64,000 nucleotides of DNA. It comes from a virus. Shown here one piece after another: positions 59,102-64,000 of the stretch. The notes beneath the pieces are model-generated. The model made no database searches. It was not told the DNA's origin and worked only from the letters and a program-made list of their open reading frames with translations. The translations under genes and the position numbers were made by a program. The DNA lies in IMG/VR virus record IMGVR_UViG_3300025849_000010, positions 64,001 through 128,000 of that record; one strand, written 5' to 3'. Within the stretch, counting starts at the first letter, position 1; the number at the start of each line of letters is the position of its first letter.

Positions 59102-59632
59102 TCAACACCACACGTCAAACGGCATGCAAATTCGCATGTCTTTTACAGTCTCGACATTGTGCCAAACAAAGCTAGGAAATATAAACAAATCACCAGCCTG
59201 AGGCTTTAATACAACAGGTTCAAATATATGATTTAAGTTACTGTTGTAACCTCTATTAGCATTACCTCTAGGATCGTGTAATACTAGTTCTCCGCCTACA
59301 GGAGGAGTTGCAAGATAAAGTATTCCAGTAAACTGACTTCCTAAGTGGTTGTGTATATGATGTGTTGCACCTTGTCTATAAACATGTACCCACCAGCTAA
59401 AAGAAAATGATTTCTGTTTTGGAAAGTCTGATTCTAAATAAGATTTAATAGAATTGTCAATAAACTCGTGTGCTAATTTTAATTCTGAATACTCGTCAAT
59501 ATCAGGACGCTCGTGATCACTTATACCATCAGGAAACTTCATGATAATATCGTTAACTACATTGCCTAACGCAATTTGATCATCCCACGTAAACTGTGCA
59601 AGTGTAGTAGGCCAAAGTTCATTAAGTATCAT
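59102..59632 (-). CDS. 2OG-Fe(II) oxygenase superfamily protein
   Basis: WVHVY..GATHHIHNH..SQFTGILYL...LVLHDPR...GDLFIFPSFVWHNV...RI. Confidence 0.85.
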   Translation of the reverse strand: MILNELWPTTLAQFTWDDQIALGNVVNDIIMKFPDGISDHERPDIDEYSELKLAHEFIDNSIKSYLESDFPKQKSFSFSWWVHVYRQGATHHIHNHLGSQFTGILYLATPPVGGELVLHDPRGNANRGYNSNLNHIFEPVVLKPQAGDLFIFPSFVWHNVETVKDMRICMPFDVWC

Positions 59633-60074
59633 TGTGATCCTCTATGTATTGCAAAACGTCAACTGCCGTCATGACTTTAGTCTTTATTGTAGCATTGTTT
59701 AATGTATTTCGCAACCCCTGATGTAAGGGTTTTGGCCAATTTCCAAATGTAACCCAACAGTAACCTGAGTGTTCGTCATTTAACAACGGAATAAATTCGT
59801 CATTTACAAAACATAGATATGTATGAAAATTAAACTTTTCATCATTTGATACAAATAGCTCTAATGGGATAACTTTAGCAAAAGAAGGAAGTTTGCCTAA
59901 TTCTTCGGTTATCTCTCGTTGTAGACCTTCCCAAGGAGTTTCGCCATATTCATTTTTGCCGCCTACTAGTCCCCAGTGCTCAGGCTGTTTAACATGAGTT
60001 CGTTGTAATAGTAATACACGTTTAGTTTTAAGGGAACAAATCAGAGCTCCACTACAAATTATTTTCTCGGACAT
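59622..60074 (-). CDS. NUDIX hydrolase
   Basis: Nudix box GGKNEYGETPWEGLQREITEELG. Confidence 0.9.
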   Translation of the reverse strand: MSEKIICSGALICSLKTKRVLLLQRTHVKQPEHWGLVGGKNEYGETPWEGLQREITEELGKLPSFAKVIPLELFVSNDEKFNFHTYLCFVNDEFIPLLNDEHSGYCWVTFGNWPKPLHQGLRNTLNNATIKTKVMTAVDVLQYIEDHNDT

Positions 60075-60090
60075 ATAATATATAGTAGTT

Positions 60091-61521
60091 TTAGAGGATG
60101 ACTTGCCAGTGTCCTGGCTTATATAAACCTTCCCACGCCTTAATCCATTGCTCGCCGTCCCATTTAAATTGTAGGCCGCTGTTTGGATTAATGTTTGTTA
60201 CATATACCGGGTCACCCGTGTACTCACTTGCGTCGAATATAATAGTCCAAGAAGTTCCGTCCCATTCGATAATGTCGTTTGCTCCAGCAACAAAGTCGAC
60301 ACCATTTGTGTTCTTCCAAAAGTCCGGCCCGTCAACGTTGCTTTCGCTTCCGATATCAGCTGTAAGTAAGAATCTAACACCTGGAACGATTGCCGGAGGA
60401 TTTCTCACAGGATCAACTACTGCATTAATATTTCCATCTGATCTTAATGGTCCTACTAAAGTACTATTTGTTGGCTGAGTGTCAATATCCCAATTAACAG
60501 TAAGTTGTGTCTCGTCTAGTGGATTCAAAGTTAAGTAACCAACAATTGGAGTTTTTGAATCGTCTCTACGTAAAAATACCTTAGATAGTCCTGCTCTATA
60601 TGTTCCTGGCAATGCATCTAATACACCTTGCCAGTTACCTTGAGCACCACTAGGGGTTGATTTCTCAAGTTCAGAAGCATTACTAAGACCCATCGGTTTA
60701 ACAAGTTTGATTGTGTTACCAAACACAAGCGAATGCCAACTTGCTGCTGCGGTATCTAGATTAGCACTAAATGCATCAGGTACAGTTTGATCCCAACCTG
60801 GGAAGAGAATTGAATCACCCGGTATGTTAATACCAGTTTCAATTGTGCCTCTGTCTTCGTCGCCAATGCTCATTGCAATAGCTGTAATAACACCTAGTTG
60901 TTTTACTTTTACTGGAGGACTAATATAAATCGGAGTACTAAACGATAATGTTGACACATCAATTTCTGTTTCAGTACCTTGTGGTATTGAACGAGAGCTC
61001 CATGTAATTCCTTCTAAGTTTACAACACTTAAACTAGTCCAATCAATAAAGTTATCTGTAGTTTGTATTTCTAAACTTGGATTGAATAGCGTTAAAATTT
61101 GTTCTATAATTTGTAATTTTTGATCAGTGTTCGTTGACCAAATATCAGCACTTACTGTTAGAGTGTACGGACTTGGCATTAAGCGTTCAACTGTATACGA
61201 GTTGCCTTGCTGTGTAGTGTAACGCTGGTTTACTTCGTCAAAAGCACGTTCTCTAATGTTTACTTTACTAACTAGTGTTGCATCAGACGTTCTAGTCCTG
61301 TCTTGCTCCATTGCTGTAACATACATACCTATGCGAGGTGCGCTTGGTATTTTATTTTCTGAATTATCACGAATAATACTTGACACCTGACGTGTGATAT
61401 CGCCATACATTACGGGCACAGGAGTAATTTTTCCTGATCCGTCTTTGTATGTAAAGTTGCTTAGTAAACGCAACATTTGATTTAAATATCGTCTTACTTG
61501 GCCGTCATAAAAGTGCTGCAT
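60091..61521 (-). CDS. Tail sheath stabiliser / tail terminator, gp15-like with C-terminal extension
   Basis: HFYDGQVRRY, VPVMYG, MPSPYTLTVSADIW...DQKLQIIEQIL.LFNP. Confidence 0.85.
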   Translation of the reverse strand: MQHFYDGQVRRYLNQMLRLLSNFTYKDGSGKITPVPVMYGDITRQVSSIIRDNSENKIPSAPRIGMYVTAMEQDRTRTSDATLVSKVNIRERAFDEVNQRYTTQQGNSYTVERLMPSPYTLTVSADIWSTNTDQKLQIIEQILTLFNPSLEIQTTDNFIDWTSLSVVNLEGITWSSRSIPQGTETEIDVSTLSFSTPIYISPPVKVKQLGVITAIAMSIGDEDRGTIETGINIPGDSILFPGWDQTVPDAFSANLDTAAASWHSLVFGNTIKLVKPMGLSNASELEKSTPSGAQGNWQGVLDALPGTYRAGLSKVFLRRDDSKTPIVGYLTLNPLDETQLTVNWDIDTQPTNSTLVGPLRSDGNINAVVDPVRNPPAIVPGVRFLLTADIGSESNVDGPDFWKNTNGVDFVAGANDIIEWDGTSWTIIFDASEYTGDPVYVTNINPNSGLQFKWDGEQWIKAWEGLYKPGHWQVIL

Positions 61522-62888
61522 TAATTATCGCTCCTTGCTCTCAAAGCTTCTGATAAACTTTGACGCTGTTTGACTCTGTCATTATAGAAGATAACTTCCC
61601 ATAAGCCTGCATCAATAATTTCAATAGGCAAGTTAAGTTTTACTAGATTCGGAATATTGTTTCTAGTATGAGTATCGTACATATTAGGATGTTCGTTAGA
61701 ATCAAATTCTACCTTGTATCCATTTATTTTAAGCATAATAAATCTAGGATTAGCAACTTGTGATTCTACATCAGTTAGTACTACAGTGTCGCCTTTAGCA
61801 AGTGATACTAAGTCGGTTGCTATTTGGTCAATATATGTATATTCGTTATTGTTAATAAACGATGTTTTTTGTGTTTGTCTTGCATCGTCGCTTGTTAAGT
61901 TCATTCTCATATTATCACGCATCTTAACCCAACGTTCGCCGTCATATCTAAAAAGTCTATTTGGCATAAAGTCTACACGTAAGAAATAATCGCCTTCGGC
62001 TACTTCTAGTGGAAATGTAATACCACTACCAAACGGTGCACCATCAGGTGCTTCTGTAGAGCCCAGTAAGTAACCACTGTATCCGTCTTTTCTAGGAGTG
62101 TTTCTTAATGCATCTACTGTAGCTAAACTTCCTGCATTTAATGAACTATCATCAACTGTGGCTAAATCAACAGTTCCGTTTTCAGTTGACAACGTATAAA
62201 AGTTAGTAATGTCATATCCTGATTTAGGAGCATCTTTTTCAGCTTCTAATAAGTTAGCATTATTAATTTGCATTTCTGCATCATATGTTGATAACAAGTC
62301 ACGCAATGATCCTTGATCAGGTGCATCTTCATTCATTGGAAGATCAAGTATTTCTTTAAATTCTTGACTATCGACAATTTGTTTTAGTTTAACACGGTAC
62401 AAGTGCGGATACCACGTGGGCGAAAATCCTTCAGCTGCACGGTTAACATCTTCTACAACATAAAAGCGTTTAAGTGCTACTTCATAGTCGTTAGCAGCAT
62501 ATTCATCTTTTAAATGTGGCAATTCAATTACGTCTCCAGGCATAATTTTTCTGCCTAAAGAATCAACGCTACTGTTAATATGAATAGTCATAAACACTGT
62601 ATCGTTTTGTAAAAACAATCCAAACTGACTTAGATCAAAGTCGATATCTTGGACATTATATATTCCTCTTAAGGAGTAAATATCCTGGTCGTACTTTCTA
62701 TCTCTATTTTCTAAAAACAACAGATCTTGAATTTGTCGCTCGTCTTTCACAGTGGTGCCGTCGTCTGTACCAATGTATTTGTGTACTAGAACATCTGTCC
62801 CACCAATTTGGAACATTTCGTATATCTGTCGATCTAAAAATTTATAGTCTCGACCTTTTTCTGGTTTATATAAACTGAGTCTGGGCAT
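61521..62888 (-). CDS. Neck protein, gp14-like
   Basis: DLSQFGLFL.NDTVFMT...MPGDVIELPH; directly upstream of gp15. Likely start ATG 62888 (MPRLSLYKP). Confidence 0.75.
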   Translation of the reverse strand: MPRLSLYKPEKGRDYKFLDRQIYEMFQIGGTDVLVHKYIGTDDGTTVKDERQIQDLLFLENRDRKYDQDIYSLRGIYNVQDIDFDLSQFGLFLQNDTVFMTIHINSSVDSLGRKIMPGDVIELPHLKDEYAANDYEVALKRFYVVEDVNRAAEGFSPTWYPHLYRVKLKQIVDSQEFKEILDLPMNEDAPDQGSLRDLLSTYDAEMQINNANLLEAEKDAPKSGYDITNFYTLSTENGTVDLATVDDSSLNAGSLATVDALRNTPRKDGYSGYLLGSTEAPDGAPFGSGITFPLEVAEGDYFLRVDFMPNRLFRYDGERWVKMRDNMRMNLTSDDARQTQKTSFINNNEYTYIDQIATDLVSLAKGDTVVLTDVESQVANPRFIMLKINGYKVEFDSNEHPNMYDTHTRNNIPNLVKLNLPIEIIDAGLWEVIFYNDRVKQRQSLSEALRARSDN

Positions 62889-62896
62889 AGTACAAG

Positions 62897-62928
62897 TATT
62901 TATTAGATTCCTGCTCATAAGATAAATA
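62897..62928. promoter_or_regulatory. Back-to-back late promoters (TAAATA - at 62897-62902; + at 62923-62928)
   Basis: Both hexamers are in the gap between two divergent structural genes. Confidence 0.6.
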
Positions 62929-62962
62929 CTTTAACAAATGCAATGCTAGGAAATAGGATACT

Positions 62963-64000
62963 ATGACTCAAGAAATTATTAACGTTGGCAGCAGCCCGGA
63001 CGCAGGTGATGGCGATACATTACGTTCTGCGCTAACAAAAACAAATTTAAATTTTACAGAATTATACGGTAAGGTAGGCGGATTTCCGCAATGGCAAGAC
63101 GGCCTACAAGGTCAAGTTCTTATTGTAGGTATTGACGGATCCATTCAATGGGGCAGTGCAACATCATCAAGTACTGACGCTGCTACATTAGGCGGCCAAC
63201 CTCCTAGCTTTTATTTAGATTATGACAATTTTGCAAACGTTCCGGCATTAGTTACTTCGCTTTCAGCATTAACTGATACAAGTGTAGGTTCTGCAACAAC
63301 AGGCCAAGTACTATCATACGACGGCGCTGTGTGGACAGCAACTACTCCAGCAGCAGTAGCACAAGCATTAGGTGATTTAACAAACGTAAGTGTAGCCAAT
63401 CCTAGCAGTGGGCAAGCACTTGTGTGGAATGGCGCTGCTTGGGTACCTGGAAGTGTTGCAGCGGATATTGGGTCAACTAGCATTAACGCATTAAGTGATG
63501 TAGATACAACTACAACTGCTCCTAACAATGGTGAAGCACTTGTGTGGGACGGATCTAACTTTGTACCGGGAACAGTATCGTCTACAGACATTTCAACAGC
63601 AAGCATTAACGACTTATCAGATGTAGATACAGCTGGTGCAGTATCAGGTAGTGTATTAAAGTATAGCGGAACTGCTTGGATAGTAGGAACTGACGATAGT
63701 GCAGGCGGTATTGCATTAACTGACTTATCAGCTAATACTGTTGCTGCCAGCGGCACTGGTACACTAACATATAATAATACACTAGGACTGTTTACTTTAA
63801 CACCTCCTGATTTATCAACATATGCAACAACAGCAAGTTTAGCAACTGTAGCAACAAGTGGAGCATATGCAGACTTAACAGGTACACCAACATTAGCAAC
63901 TGTAGCAACAAGTGGCGCATATGCAGACTTAACAGGTGCTCCTACCATTCCTACAAACGTAGGTGACTTAGCAGATGTAAGTGCTGTTGCGCCTACAACA
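62963..64000 (+). CDS. Fibre/baseplate-attached protein, N-terminal part only
   Basis: Not in track (no stop in window). MTQEIINVGSSPDAGDGDTLRSALTKTNLNFTELY resembles the gp9/gp10-type N-terminal motif; followed by L.DL.DV...G..L.W.G..W fibre repeats. Confidence 0.8.
   Translation, partial: MTQEIINVGSSPDAGDGDTLRSALTKTNLNFTELYGKVGGFPQWQDGLQGQVLIVGIDGSIQWGSATSSSTDAATLGGQPPSFYLDYDNFANVPALVTSLSALTDTSVGSATTGQVLSYDGAVWTATTPAAVAQALGDLTNVSVANPSSGQALVWNGAAWVPGSVAADIGSTSINALSDVDTTTTAPNNGEALVWDGSNFVPGTVSSTDISTASINDLSDVDTAGAVSGSVLKYSGTAWIVGTDDSAGGIALTDLSANTVAASGTGTLTYNNTLGLFTLTPPDLSTYATTASLATVATSGAYADLTGTPTLATVATSGAYADLTGAPTIPTNVGDLADVSAVAPTT
63839..63946 (+). repeat. 54 bp tandem repeat x2 (LATVATSGAYADLTGxPT)
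   Basis: Near-identical copies at 63839-63892 and 63893-63946. Confidence 0.85.

Noticed and set aside
3187-60478. The many 60-190 aa ORFs nested in or antisense to long genes
   Set aside because: Fully overlapped by well-supported genes and lacking motifs; treated as shadows.
63220-63948. 242 aa minus-strand ORF in the track
   Set aside because: Antisense shadow of the plus-strand fibre gene starting at 62963, which has promoter, RBS and fibre motifs.
1-64000. Alternative genetic code or stop-codon recoding
   Set aside because: Conserved genes are full length in the standard code, with dense packing and TAA, TAG and TGA all used as stops.

Overview
This is a 64 kb AT-rich segment of a large T4-superfamily (contractile-tailed) phage genome, almost entirely late/morphogenesis genes. 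From left to right: baseplate module (gp7-like partial, gp6, gp25, PAAR, gp5-like spike, hub, gp53, tube initiator; minus strand); late sigma factor gp55 plus gp47/gp46 (Mre11/Rad50-like) under sigma70-type promoters; a small GIY-YIG nuclease followed by a ~380 nt structured non-coding stretch; a gp26-like gene with a probable -1 frameshift into a gp51-like frame; tape measure, portal, prohead protease, scaffold and major capsid genes; a stand-alone pqqA cassette missed by the ORF track; very large fibre/structural genes (1500 aa and 3920 aa); and neck/tail-completion genes (gp15, gp14). The main candidate for an undescribed system is at 46.1-59.6 kb. It has two paralogous ~125 aa proteins ending in (C-H-x-S)3-RGRR, nine radical-SAM enzymes with C-terminal Cys clusters (five form a divergent CxxxCxGC/GPTD paralog set), two Fe/2OG oxygenases and three unknown proteins. 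All sit inside late virion operons, which suggests RiPP-like modification of a virion (fibre-associated) protein. Other highlights are seven phycobiliprotein-like Cys-x-Arg-Asp repeats in the giant fibre, the phage-borne PqqA, the candidate large ncRNA and the programmed frameshift. All assignments come from motif recognition by eye; no database searches were run.
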